From the NCBI GenBank assembly GCA_964346985.1, contig CAYFWW010000026.1, forward strand, positions 690-64,689: 64,000 nucleotides of DNA. Direction: 5' to 3'. The DNA comes from an uncultured Actinomycetota bacterium (GTDB taxonomy: Bacteria > Actinomycetota > Aquicultoria > CAYFWW01). The translations under genes and the position numbers were made by a program. The notes beneath the pieces are model-generated. The model worked only from the letters and a program-made list of their open reading frames with translations, made no database searches and was not told the DNA's origin. Below, piece by piece: positions 8,491 through 17,147 of this stretch (positions are counted from its first letter, which is position 1; the number at the start of each line of letters is the position of its first letter).

Positions 8491-9586
8491 TGGAAAATCC
8501 GAGCTTGTAAATGAAAAATTCAATCTTTTGGATTTTCTTTCCAAGAAGGAAATTAGGCCGGAAGTAGTCAGCGTTGAACTCAATGGCCAATTATTAAAAC
8601 GGGAGAACTTTAAAGATGCAATTATTCAAGATAACGATCAAGTTGAAATTATCTTTCATTTAAGCGGAGGGCAAAGATTTACGGATGTAGCAGAATTAAT
8701 TGGCAATACTCCTTTGATACAAGTAAATTCTGAAGGAGCAAAGATGGCTGAGATCTGGGCCAAACTTGAATCATATAATCCCGGAGGGAGTGTCAAAGAC
8801 AGAATTGCCTTGAGTATGATTGACGATGCTGAAAAGAAAGGACTGCTCAAACCAGGAGGTACTATTGTCGAACCAACTTCAGGAAATACAGGAATTGGCC
8901 TGGCCTTGATTGCTTCTGCTAGAGGGTATCGTTTGATACTTACCATGCCCGAAAGTATGAGCAAAGAGCGAATTGGAATTTTAGAAACTTTTGGAGCTGA
9001 AGTGATCCTGACTCCGGCAGCTGAGGGAATGAATGGAGCAGTGAAAGAAGCGGAGAAAGTAGCAAAACAACATAATGCTTATATTCCCCAACAATTTGAT
9101 AATCCTGCTAATCCAGAAATACACCGTAAGACAACTGCCGAAGAAATATGGAGTGATACTGAGGGGCAAATCGATGCCTTTGTGGCTGGAGTTGGGACAG
9201 GAGGAACTATAACCGGGGTAGGCGAGATTTTAAAGTCGAGGAATGACTCTATATATATTGTGGCAGTAGAGCCAGATAAATCTCCTGTTTTGTCGGGAGG
9301 AAAACCAGGCTCACACCGGATTCAAGGTATTGGAGCAGGTTTTATTCCAAGCGTGCTAAATATGGATTTGGTAGATGAAGTATTAAAGGTAAAAGATGAA
9401 GAAGCTTATAGCACTAAGATGGAGCTGGCTAAAAAAGAGGGTCTATTGGTTGGAATTTCATCAGGTGCAGCCTGTTTTGCGGCAAGGATAATTGCCAAGA
9501 AGTTAGGTTTAGGCAAGAGAGTGGTTACTATTTTTCCTGATACAGGAGAACGCTACCTTAGCCTTGCTCCTTATTTTAGATATTGA
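8468..9586 (+). CDS. ThiS/CysO-like ubiquitin-fold sulfur carrier fused N-terminally to cysteine synthase (CysM/CysK)
   Basis: Residues 1-68 resemble ThiS and end ...[11 protein letters not shown] canonical CysK N-terminus follows immediately ([14 protein letters not shown]), with PLP-Lys motif SVKDR and [10 protein letters not shown]. Confidence 0.85.
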   Translation: MPIQIYINGKSELVNEKFNLLDFLSKKEIRPEVVSVELNGQLLKRENFKDAIIQDNDQVEIIFHLSGGQRFTDVAELIGNTPLIQVNSEGAKMAEIWAKLESYNPGGSVKDRIALSMIDDAEKKGLLKPGGTIVEPTSGNTGIGLALIASARGYRLILTMPESMSKERIGILETFGAEVILTPAAEGMNGAVKEAEKVAKQHNAYIPQQFDNPANPEIHRKTTAEEIWSDTEGQIDAFVAGVGTGGTITGVGEILKSRNDSIYIVAVEPDKSPVLSGGKPGSHRIQGIGAGFIPSVLNMDLVDEVLKVKDEEAYSTKMELAKKEGLLVGISSGAACFAARIIAKKLGLGKRVVTIFPDTGERYLSLAPYFRY

Positions 9587-9625
9587 AAGTGTGCAAATAG
9601 AAATGAATCTTTTATTTGATAGTAG

Positions 9626-10882
9626 GTGGCAAATGTGAGCTTTATAAAGGGCTTAAAATGCCGGGAGTGCGGACATAGATATGAAAGTGGAGCACTTTAT
9701 GTGTGTGAATATTGCTTTGGTTCTCTTGAAGTTGAGTATGATTATCTGGGCATTACAAAAGTGCTTTCCCGGGATATTATTGAAGGAAGAGAAAAAAATA
9801 TGTGGCGTTATAAAGAGCTCTTGCCTTTGGAGGGTGAAGCTACTGACGGTATCGGTACCGGTTATACACCTTTCTTTAAAGCAGAAAAACTTGGAGAGAA
9901 AATTGGAATCAAAGAGTTATATATAAAAGATGATTCAGTTAATCATCCCACTCTTTCATTTAAAGATAGGGTAGTTGCAGTAGCACTTTCACGTGCTAAA
10001 GAGCTGGGCTTTACCGTTACCGCTTGTGCATCAACAGGAAATCTGGCTAATTCTGTTGCTGCGCAGTCAGCAAAGACCGGGCTTAATGTTTTTATTTTTA
10101 TTCCGGCTGATTTAGAGAGTGGAAAGATTGTCTCTACTCTTGTTTACGGAGCGACTCTTATTGCTGTTAAGGGTAATTATGATGAGGTAAACCGCCTCTG
10201 TAGTGAAATAGCAGCTGAAAAAGATTGGGCTTTCGTGAATATTAATATTAGGCCTTATTATGCTGAAGGATCAAAAACTTTTGGATACGAGATAATCGAA
10301 CAACTTGGCTGGGAGCCACCTGATCATATAGTGGTACCTGTTGCCGGCGGTTCTTTAATAACCAAGATATGGAAATCAATCAATGAGTTTAAAAAAGTTG
10401 GAATTATTAAAAACAACAAGACCAAGATACATGCTGCTCAAGCAGAAGGATGCAGCCCAGTTATTACTGCCCTTAAAGAAAAAAGTGATGTTATAAAACC
10501 AGTTAAACCAAAGACAATTGTAAAGTCTTTAGCAATTGGAAACCCGGCTGATGGATATTATGCGGTTCAAACAGTTAATAAAAGCGGGGGAAGCGGTGAA
10601 AGCGTCACTGACCATGAAGTAATAGAGGGTATTAAACTATTAGCTCAAACTGAGGGTGTATTTTCGGAAACTGCAGGTGGAGTGACTGTAGCTACTGCCA
10701 AGAAACTTTCTCAAAAGGGTTTATTTAATAAAGATGAGATAGTGGTTTTAGCCATAACTGGCAATGGGTTGAAGACTAAGGAAGTGCTATCAGGAAAACT
10801 TGAGGAACCAATATATATTAAACCAAGCTTAAGTTCATTTGAAGAAGCAACAAAGGGGGTGAGCTTAGTTGGCAACAGTTAG
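9626..10882 (+). CDS. threonine synthase-family PLP enzyme with N-terminal zinc ribbon
   Basis: CRECGH...CEYC zinc ribbon, PLP-Lys motif LSFKDR, ASTGNLANS. GTG 9635 is an alternative start. Confidence 0.8.
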   Translation: MANVSFIKGLKCRECGHRYESGALYVCEYCFGSLEVEYDYLGITKVLSRDIIEGREKNMWRYKELLPLEGEATDGIGTGYTPFFKAEKLGEKIGIKELYIKDDSVNHPTLSFKDRVVAVALSRAKELGFTVTACASTGNLANSVAAQSAKTGLNVFIFIPADLESGKIVSTLVYGATLIAVKGNYDEVNRLCSEIAAEKDWAFVNINIRPYYAEGSKTFGYEIIEQLGWEPPDHIVVPVAGGSLITKIWKSINEFKKVGIIKNNKTKIHAAQAEGCSPVITALKEKSDVIKPVKPKTIVKSLAIGNPADGYYAVQTVNKSGGSGESVTDHEVIEGIKLLAQTEGVFSETAGGVTVATAKKLSQKGLFNKDEIVVLAITGNGLKTKEVLSGKLEEPIYIKPSLSSFEEATKGVSLVGNS

Positions 10883-11936
10883 AATTCCAACACCAATACA
10901 AAAGCTTACTAAAGGACAAGCAATAGTCGAGGCTGAAGGCAATAACCTCTCTGACCTTATCGAAGATTTGGACAAGAAGTTTCCTGGCTTCAAAGAAAGA
11001 TTATGCGAAGAAGACGGAGAAGTAAAAAGATTTATTAATATATATATAAACGAAGAAGATATTCGCTTTCTTGACGGACTTTATACTGAGATCAAAGATG
11101 AGGATAAAGTCTCAATTATCCCGGCAATTGCCGGAGGCTCTTTAAGCGAAGATGAAGTTGAAAGGTACAGCCGCCAGATTATTTTATCTGAGATAGGAGG
11201 AAAAGGCCAAGAAAAATTACTTAATTCCTCTGTTCTGGTAGTCGGCTCAGGCGGCTTAGGTTCGCCAGTCCTTCTTTATCTGGCAGCAGCAGGCATTGGC
11301 AGAATAGGAGTAGTCGATAGTGATGTGGTTGAATTAAACAATCTTCAAAGACAGATTATTCATGATACTCAAGATGTTGGAAAAGCTAAAGTGATTTCCG
11401 CTAAAGAGACAATGTCTAAAATTAATCCTGATACTATTATTGATGTTTACGAATTAAGGCTTAATTCAGGTAATGCTTTTGAATTAATTTCAGAATATGA
11501 CCTGGTAATTGATGGCAGTGATAACTTTGCGACCAGATATCTTCTTAATGATGCTTGTGTCATGCTAAAAAAACCTTTGATTGAAGCGGCTATTTTAAAA
11601 TTTGAAGGACAAATTATGTCGGTTATACCTGAAGATGGCCCATGTTACCGTTGCCTTTTTCCCGAACCACCTCCTGCTGGATCAGTGCCAAACTGCCAAC
11701 AAGCTGGAATTCTTGGACCGGTAGCCGGCTTGTTAGGTTCACTCCAAGCTATCGAAGCTTTAAAAGTTATTTTGGGAAAAGGAGATATTTTGAAGGGGAA
11801 ATTGCTGGTTATAGATAGCTTAAGTATGAATTTTCATCTGGTTAAATTAAGGAAGAATCCTGATTGTGAAGTATGCTCAGATCAGCCGCGAATAGAAAAA
11901 CTTATTGATTATGAAGAGTGGTGCGCAAGGAGGTAA
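10869..11936 (+). CDS. MoaD/ThiS-like ubiquitin-fold domain fused N-terminally to ThiF/MoeB-type E1 adenylyltransferase
   Basis: Residues 1-90 are MoaD-like and end IIPAIAGG. A canonical MoeB N-terminus follows directly (ERYSRQIIL, VVGSGGLGSP). Zn motifs CYRC and CEVC. No rhodanese domain. Confidence 0.85.
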   Translation: MATVRIPTPIQKLTKGQAIVEAEGNNLSDLIEDLDKKFPGFKERLCEEDGEVKRFINIYINEEDIRFLDGLYTEIKDEDKVSIIPAIAGGSLSEDEVERYSRQIILSEIGGKGQEKLLNSSVLVVGSGGLGSPVLLYLAAAGIGRIGVVDSDVVELNNLQRQIIHDTQDVGKAKVISAKETMSKINPDTIIDVYELRLNSGNAFELISEYDLVIDGSDNFATRYLLNDACVMLKKPLIEAAILKFEGQIMSVIPEDGPCYRCLFPEPPPAGSVPNCQQAGILGPVAGLLGSLQAIEALKVILGKGDILKGKLLVIDSLSMNFHLVKLRKNPDCEVCSDQPRIEKLIDYEEWCARR

Positions 11937-11942
11937 AGAGAA

Positions 11943-12185
11943 ATGGCTAAAAGAATAGTCAGATTGACTTTTCCAGAGGACCTGGTTAATAAACCTATTA
12001 TCTTTCAGATGGCCAAGAAATTTGATTTGATACCGAATATTAAAAGGGCCAAGGTCAGTGAGACAGCCGGCGAGGTTGTTCTGGAGATTACCGGAGATAA
12101 AGAAAAACTCAAAGATGGCCTAGCCTATATATCCGAACTTGGAGTTATTGTAGAAAATATCCCAGGTGATATTGTAGAGGGATAA
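11943..12185 (+). CDS. NIL-domain protein
   Basis: 80 aa; RLTFPEDLVNKPIIFQMAKKFDLIPNIKRAKV...GEVVLEITGD matches the NIL (MetN C-terminal-like) domain pattern. Confidence 0.6.
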   Translation: MAKRIVRLTFPEDLVNKPIIFQMAKKFDLIPNIKRAKVSETAGEVVLEITGDKEKLKDGLAYISELGVIVENIPGDIVEG

Positions 12186-12190
12186 AAATC

Positions 12191-13621
12191 ATGGGAAAAG
12201 TTTTTCTGGTCGGAGCTGGCCCCGGGGCTCCCGGGCTTATAACAGTTAAAGGTAGGGAAGTTTTAAACCAGGCAGATGTTATCTTGTTTGATAGGTTAGT
12301 TCAACCCTATCTATTAGAGTATGCTCCACAAGCTAAAAAAATATACTGCGGTAAAAAGACAGAGCGACATACCTGGAACCAAAATGAAATAAACCATATT
12401 TTAATAAAAGAAGCGAAAGCAGGAAAGACTGTTGTTAGATTAAAGGGGGGAGACCCTTTCATCTTTGGTCGTGGCGGTGAAGAAGCTTTAGCTCTTTCCA
12501 TGGCTAAAATCCCTTTTGAAATAATTCCGGGGGTCTCATCTTCAATCGGCGGTCCGGCTTTTTGTGGAGTGCCGCTTACCCATAGGGGAATATCATCAAA
12601 CCTGGTAATCGTCACCGGCCGTCAGGATCCAAGTGGGCCGTCTAATATAATCGACTGGAAGAAGATTGCTGCCCTGGATACTATAGTTATCTTGATGGGC
12701 GTTAAAGAGTTGCCCCACATTGTTGAAAATATTAGAAAGATAAGATCTATTAAAACTCCGGTTAAAATTATCTCTTGGGGGACTTATGCAAAACAAAAGA
12801 TAATTAAAGGAACACTAAAGGATATTGTTTTTAAGAGCCAGAAAAGTAACATTAAGCCTCCGTCTGTCATCATAATTGGGGATGTTGTAAATGTACCCGA
12901 GAGATATGAATCATTTCAAAATTTTCAAAGCCAGGGAATAAGAACTCTCTTGATTGATTCACAAAATTCTTCCAGTGAGATTGGTAGAAAACTTTTGGAT
13001 TTGGGCTTTTACATTGAAGAATTTTTTTACAAAAAAGAGATTTCCAAGCGTTTGCTTTTAATAATAGATAATCTAAAGAATTACAGATGGATAGTTTTTT
13101 CAGACAATGAAGCAATTGTAGGATTTACCGATGCCTTAAGATTAAAAGGTATAGATATAAGAGATATTAATAAAATAAATCTGGGTGTTATAGGTGAAAA
13201 AACTAGAAATAGCTTGCTGGAAAAAGGAATGTTTGCCAAGAGAATATTTAATAATAGAACAAAACTCCCTGATCGATCTTTGCTTGTCAACTCTGATTCA
13301 AGCAAAATATCTGAAAATGTTGTAAATAATGTTTGTGCTTTTAATATTGAGCCGGTATGCGCATCTGATTATCAAAAACTTCAAAATGTATATGGCGCTA
13401 CATTTATTCTCTCTCCTTCCGGGATGAAATGGCTATCTAGTGTAAAAAAACTTGAAGATCTTGGTTTGATATATGCTGTATCCGATTGTGAATATAATAA
13501 TTGGAAGATATATCGAGAAAAAATTATTTACTTTGAATCAATTGAAGAAATTGAAAAAATAATAGACTCTACTTTTACCAGAACTGGATTTGAAAACAAT
13601 ATTATAGATAGGGTAATTTAA
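12191..13621 (+). CDS. cobA: uroporphyrinogen-III C-methyltransferase fused to a divergent uroporphyrinogen-III synthase (CobA/HemD)
   Basis: VFLVGAGPGAPGLITVKG, VVRLKGGDPFIFGRGGEE, GVSS. The C-terminal 230 aa has a HemD-like pattern (IVFSDNEAIVGF, LGVIGEKT). Confidence 0.8.
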   Translation: MGKVFLVGAGPGAPGLITVKGREVLNQADVILFDRLVQPYLLEYAPQAKKIYCGKKTERHTWNQNEINHILIKEAKAGKTVVRLKGGDPFIFGRGGEEALALSMAKIPFEIIPGVSSSIGGPAFCGVPLTHRGISSNLVIVTGRQDPSGPSNIIDWKKIAALDTIVILMGVKELPHIVENIRKIRSIKTPVKIISWGTYAKQKIIKGTLKDIVFKSQKSNIKPPSVIIIGDVVNVPERYESFQNFQSQGIRTLLIDSQNSSSEIGRKLLDLGFYIEEFFYKKEISKRLLLIIDNLKNYRWIVFSDNEAIVGFTDALRLKGIDIRDINKINLGVIGEKTRNSLLEKGMFAKRIFNNRTKLPDRSLLVNSDSSKISENVVNNVCAFNIEPVCASDYQKLQNVYGATFILSPSGMKWLSSVKKLEDLGLIYAVSDCEYNNWKIYREKIIYFESIEEIEKIIDSTFTRTGFENNIIDRVI

Positions 13622-13814
13622 CTTGGCTCCTCTTTTTAAATAATTCTTTATTAATCCGAATCTCCTCAAGTATTTATAAGTTATTTATATTCAGATATAA
13701 TAATCGAAATATTTATATCTTATTCTATTTATGATAATCGTCAATGAAATTAAATAGTTAACAAATATTTTTTAAAAAATATTGTATAAGTTTTTAATTT
13801 TTGGGAGTGTATAT

Positions 13815-14978
13815 ATGCGAACATTAAGAAATATATTTAGAAGAAAGATAAGGGCTTTTTTAACAATTTTTGGTATTATTATCGGAGTTTTTGCACTGGT
13901 GGTAATGGGCGCAATGGCCGAAAAATTAAATCTTCTTGTGGCTGGTGGAACAAAGTTTTACCGTGACAAAGTTGTGGTTAACGCCCCTGGTGGAATAGCT
14001 GGTTTTGCTGCCTCTCCGTTATCAAAGGATAAGATAAAAGAAATAGAAAAAGTTGAAGGAGTTGAAGTAGCTTCGGCCTCAATCGGTATGACCATAGATG
14101 AAGATATTGGAGCTGTGAATATGGGGCCGCCACCTTCGATTGAAGGTACGGATTTGCGGGGGGATGATTATGAGTCCTTTGAAATAAATATTGCTGAAGG
14201 GCGAGATCTTGAACCGGGAGATAGCGGCAAGGTAGTTGTAGGTGCTGACCTGTTAAAAAAGTTAGATGTTGAAGTTGGTAAAGATGTAAAAATACGAGGT
14301 AAGAATTTTGAAGTTATTGGTATTTATGATAAAACGTTAACTGCTCCCGATGCAGTAGTTGTTATGTCTCTCATTGATGCCCAGAAGATTTACCATAAAA
14401 GTTTACCTAAGGCAATCAGATCGGATGTTAATCCATATAATTTGGCGACAGGAATAACTGTTTATATAAAAGGTGATGAAAACCCTGATAAAATGGCTAA
14501 GAAGATTGAAAAGGAAGTAAAAGATATTGAAGCTACCGGGCCAAAGCAATTTGAAGAAGAGGTAGCAAATCAACTGGCAATATTTACTTCAATAATTTTT
14601 GGTATTGCTTTAATTTCTTTACTTGTTGGCGGTCTTTCAGTTATAAATACCATGACAATGTCTGTTTCGGAAAGGACTCGAGAGATTGGTATTAGGAAGG
14701 CAATTGGAGCTACTGATGGGGCTATTGTTAGGCAGTTTCTAGCAGAATCTGCGGTAATTGGTTTTATTGGCGGTGTAATTGGCTTGGTATTGGGAGTAGG
14801 TGTAACTATACTTTTAAATTCAGCCGGAAATGAAGCTGGAACACCCCTGTTTCTAGTTACTGCCAGGTTAGCAATTGGGTCGGTAGTTTTTGCTCTTTTT
14901 CTTGGCGTAATAAGTGGTTTATTTCCTGCATTTCATGCGGCTAGATTAAATCCAGTGGAGGCGTTGCGATATGAATAA
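13815..14978 (+). CDS. ABC transporter permease, FtsX/MacB family
   Basis: N-terminal TM helix, large extracytoplasmic loop, C-terminal FtsX domain (ERTREIGIRKAIGA). GGGAGTG RBS before ATG 13815. Confidence 0.8.
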   Translation: MRTLRNIFRRKIRAFLTIFGIIIGVFALVVMGAMAEKLNLLVAGGTKFYRDKVVVNAPGGIAGFAASPLSKDKIKEIEKVEGVEVASASIGMTIDEDIGAVNMGPPPSIEGTDLRGDDYESFEINIAEGRDLEPGDSGKVVVGADLLKKLDVEVGKDVKIRGKNFEVIGIYDKTLTAPDAVVVMSLIDAQKIYHKSLPKAIRSDVNPYNLATGITVYIKGDENPDKMAKKIEKEVKDIEATGPKQFEEEVANQLAIFTSIIFGIALISLLVGGLSVINTMTMSVSERTREIGIRKAIGATDGAIVRQFLAESAVIGFIGGVIGLVLGVGVTILLNSAGNEAGTPLFLVTARLAIGSVVFALFLGVISGLFPAFHAARLNPVEALRYE

Positions 14979-15672
14979 TTCATCAAAGAACAATGATAAA
15001 GTTATCAGTACAGTAGATGTTCATAAAAGCTATAAGCTGGGTAAGAATAATTTTGTATATGCCCTAAGAGGAGCTTCACTCGAGATAAATAGTAATGAAA
15101 TGACAGCAATCATGGGCCCTTCCGGTTCAGGAAAATCTACTATTATGCATATAATGGGTTGTTTAGATCGGCCTGATAAAGGCCAAGTCTTTTTAAATGG
15201 AAGTAGGGTGGATAATCTAAGAAGACGTGCTTTAAATACTATTCGTAGCCATGAAATAGGTTTTATCTTTCAAGGATTTAATCTGGTCACTACTTTCACA
15301 GCTATTGAAAATGTTTCTTTGGCAGCCGAATATGCTGGTGCTTCTCGAAGAGAAGCTAAGAGAAAAGCAATAGAAGCGCTAAAGCTAGTCGGACTTGGAG
15401 AAAGATTAAGCCATAAACCAAATGAACTTTCTGGAGGCCAGCAGCAGAGAGTAGCTATTGCTAGATCATTAATTAATAATCCAAAAGTTGTTTTGGGTGA
15501 TGAACCTACCGGTGATCTTGATACGGCAACTTCTGTTGATATTATTAATATTATGAGAAATATATGCAATGAAACCGGGACTACATTTGTTTTGGTCACC
15601 CATGACCCAGAAGTTGCTCAAGCCTGTAATCGCATTATCAATATGCGGGATGGAATAGTAACAAACGGTTAG
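14971..15672 (+). CDS. ABC transporter ATP-binding protein (MacB/LolD-like)
   Basis: Walker A GPSGSGKST, signature LSGGQQQR, Walker B VVLGDEPTG. Confidence 0.9.
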   Translation: MNNSSKNNDKVISTVDVHKSYKLGKNNFVYALRGASLEINSNEMTAIMGPSGSGKSTIMHIMGCLDRPDKGQVFLNGSRVDNLRRRALNTIRSHEIGFIFQGFNLVTTFTAIENVSLAAEYAGASRREAKRKAIEALKLVGLGERLSHKPNELSGGQQQRVAIARSLINNPKVVLGDEPTGDLDTATSVDIINIMRNICNETGTTFVLVTHDPEVAQACNRIINMRDGIVTNG

Positions 15673-15688
15673 GAGTTTTTAAAACTAT

Positions 15689-16054
15689 ATGAAGAATAAT
15701 TTATATAGCAATAATCAAAAAGTTGAAGAATATATAGAAAGTTTGAGTTCACCTCAACGGGAAATAGCTAGAAATATTAGAAAGATAATCAAAGAAACTT
15801 TTCCTGCCATAAAAGAAAATTTTAAATGGAATCAACCCAGTTATGATTATAATGGTAGCATCTGTTATATAGCTGCTTTTGAGGACCATGTGGATGTTGG
15901 TTTTTTCCGTGGAGCTCATATGGATGACCCAAATCATATTCTTAAGGGGACAGGTAAACAATTAAGGCACTTAAAGGTAAGAAAACTGGAAGACATTAAC
16001 AGGGTTGTCATAAAGGAGTTTGTCAAAGAAGCAGTAAAACTAAATAGCAAGTAG
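15689..16054 (+). CDS. DUF1801 (YdhG-like) domain protein
   Basis: KENFKWNQPSYDYNGSICYIAAFEDHVDVGFFRG pattern and about 120 aa. Confidence 0.55.
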   Translation: MKNNLYSNNQKVEEYIESLSSPQREIARNIRKIIKETFPAIKENFKWNQPSYDYNGSICYIAAFEDHVDVGFFRGAHMDDPNHILKGTGKQLRHLKVRKLEDINRVVIKEFVKEAVKLNSK

Positions 16055-16084
16055 GATATATTTACTATTTGGAGTTTTTAAATT

Positions 16085-16876
16085 TTGGAAATTCCTTCAG
16101 ATAGATGGTATAAGGCAGTAAAAGATCGAAGGTCACAAAGGCTTTATCATCCCCAAAAAATAGATCAAAAAAAACTGGATAAAATAAAATCTGTCTGTAA
16201 TAAGTTCAAACCATTCAATGATGCCAGGGCAGTTTTAATTACGGATTCTCCAGAAAAAGTATTTAAAGGTATAGTTGGTAGCTATGGGAAGATCAAAGGC
16301 GCCCCAGCTTTTATAGCTTTTGTCGGTAATATGAGCAATCCTAATATTCAAGAGATGATAGGCTATATAGGTGAGGGAATAATTCTTGAAGTTACCTCTA
16401 TAGGTCTGGCAACTTGCTGGGTGGGAGGTTTTTTCCGCCCCGAAGTTGTTTCTTCTTTGATCAATATTAAAAGCGGGGAAAAAGTAATAGCTGTTACCCC
16501 ATTTGGTTACCCCCAGGAAAGGCCAAATCTTGAAGAAAGAATAATGGCTGGATTTGGGCGGCATTACCAGCGGAAGCCTCTTTCGCAGCTTGCTATAGGC
16601 CAAGAGATTAATAATTGGCCAAATTGGATTAAGGATTCTCTCGAAACGGCTCGGCTAGCTCCATCTGCGGTTAACCGCCAACCCTGGCTTTTTAGGGTTG
16701 AGGGTGAAAGCATTACAGTATTGGAAAATAAAAAATTAAGTATATCCAGGATATCAAAGCGTCTTGATTGCGGAATAGCCATGATTCATATTGAAATAGC
16801 AGCCTTGCACTCAAAAATAAAAGTAAAATGGGAGTTTTTACAATCTCCAGAGGTTGCCCGTTTCTATAGAGTTTAG
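16085..16876 (+). CDS. nitroreductase-family protein
   Basis: RRSQRLY, APSAVNRQPW motifs, 263 aa. Confidence 0.7.
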   Translation: MEIPSDRWYKAVKDRRSQRLYHPQKIDQKKLDKIKSVCNKFKPFNDARAVLITDSPEKVFKGIVGSYGKIKGAPAFIAFVGNMSNPNIQEMIGYIGEGIILEVTSIGLATCWVGGFFRPEVVSSLINIKSGEKVIAVTPFGYPQERPNLEERIMAGFGRHYQRKPLSQLAIGQEINNWPNWIKDSLETARLAPSAVNRQPWLFRVEGESITVLENKKLSISRISKRLDCGIAMIHIEIAALHSKIKVKWEFLQSPEVARFYRV

Positions 16877-16891
16877 AAATTATTGATATTT

Positions 16892-17131
16892 TTATTGTTC
16901 CTTTTCTAGATAAGATTTTATATCTTCGTGAGAAGGAACTTTACCTGAAAATAAAACCTTTTCATTCACTACTAAAGCGGGAGTTATTAAAATTGGGTAT
17001 TCCATGATTTCATTTAAATCTTTGACTTTTGTTATCATTGCATTGATTCCTAGTTCTTGGCAAGCTTTTTCTGTGTTTTTATATAAAGTCTGGCATTTTG
17101 AGCAACCCGGTCCAAGAATTTTTATCTCCAT
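16892..17131 (-). CDS. thioredoxin-family small redox-active disulfide protein (redox_disulf_2 type)
   Basis: 79 aa, KILGPGCSKCQ CxxC motif, last gene of the arsR-permease operon. Confidence 0.8.
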   Translation of the reverse strand: MEIKILGPGCSKCQTLYKNTEKACQELGINAMITKVKDLNEIMEYPILITPALVVNEKVLFSGKVPSHEDIKSYLEKEQ

Positions 17132-17147
17132 CTCGATACCCCCTTTA

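Noticed and set aside
6274-9586. A genome-wide reassignment of TGA (code 4 or 25) as the explanation for the in-frame TGAs at 41817, 42223 and 43093
   Set aside because: Many well-supported genes in the window terminate at TGA at the expected protein end (for example 6274-6276, 6488-6490, 8060-8062, 9584-9586). TGA is therefore a normal stop here, and the exceptions are site-specific.
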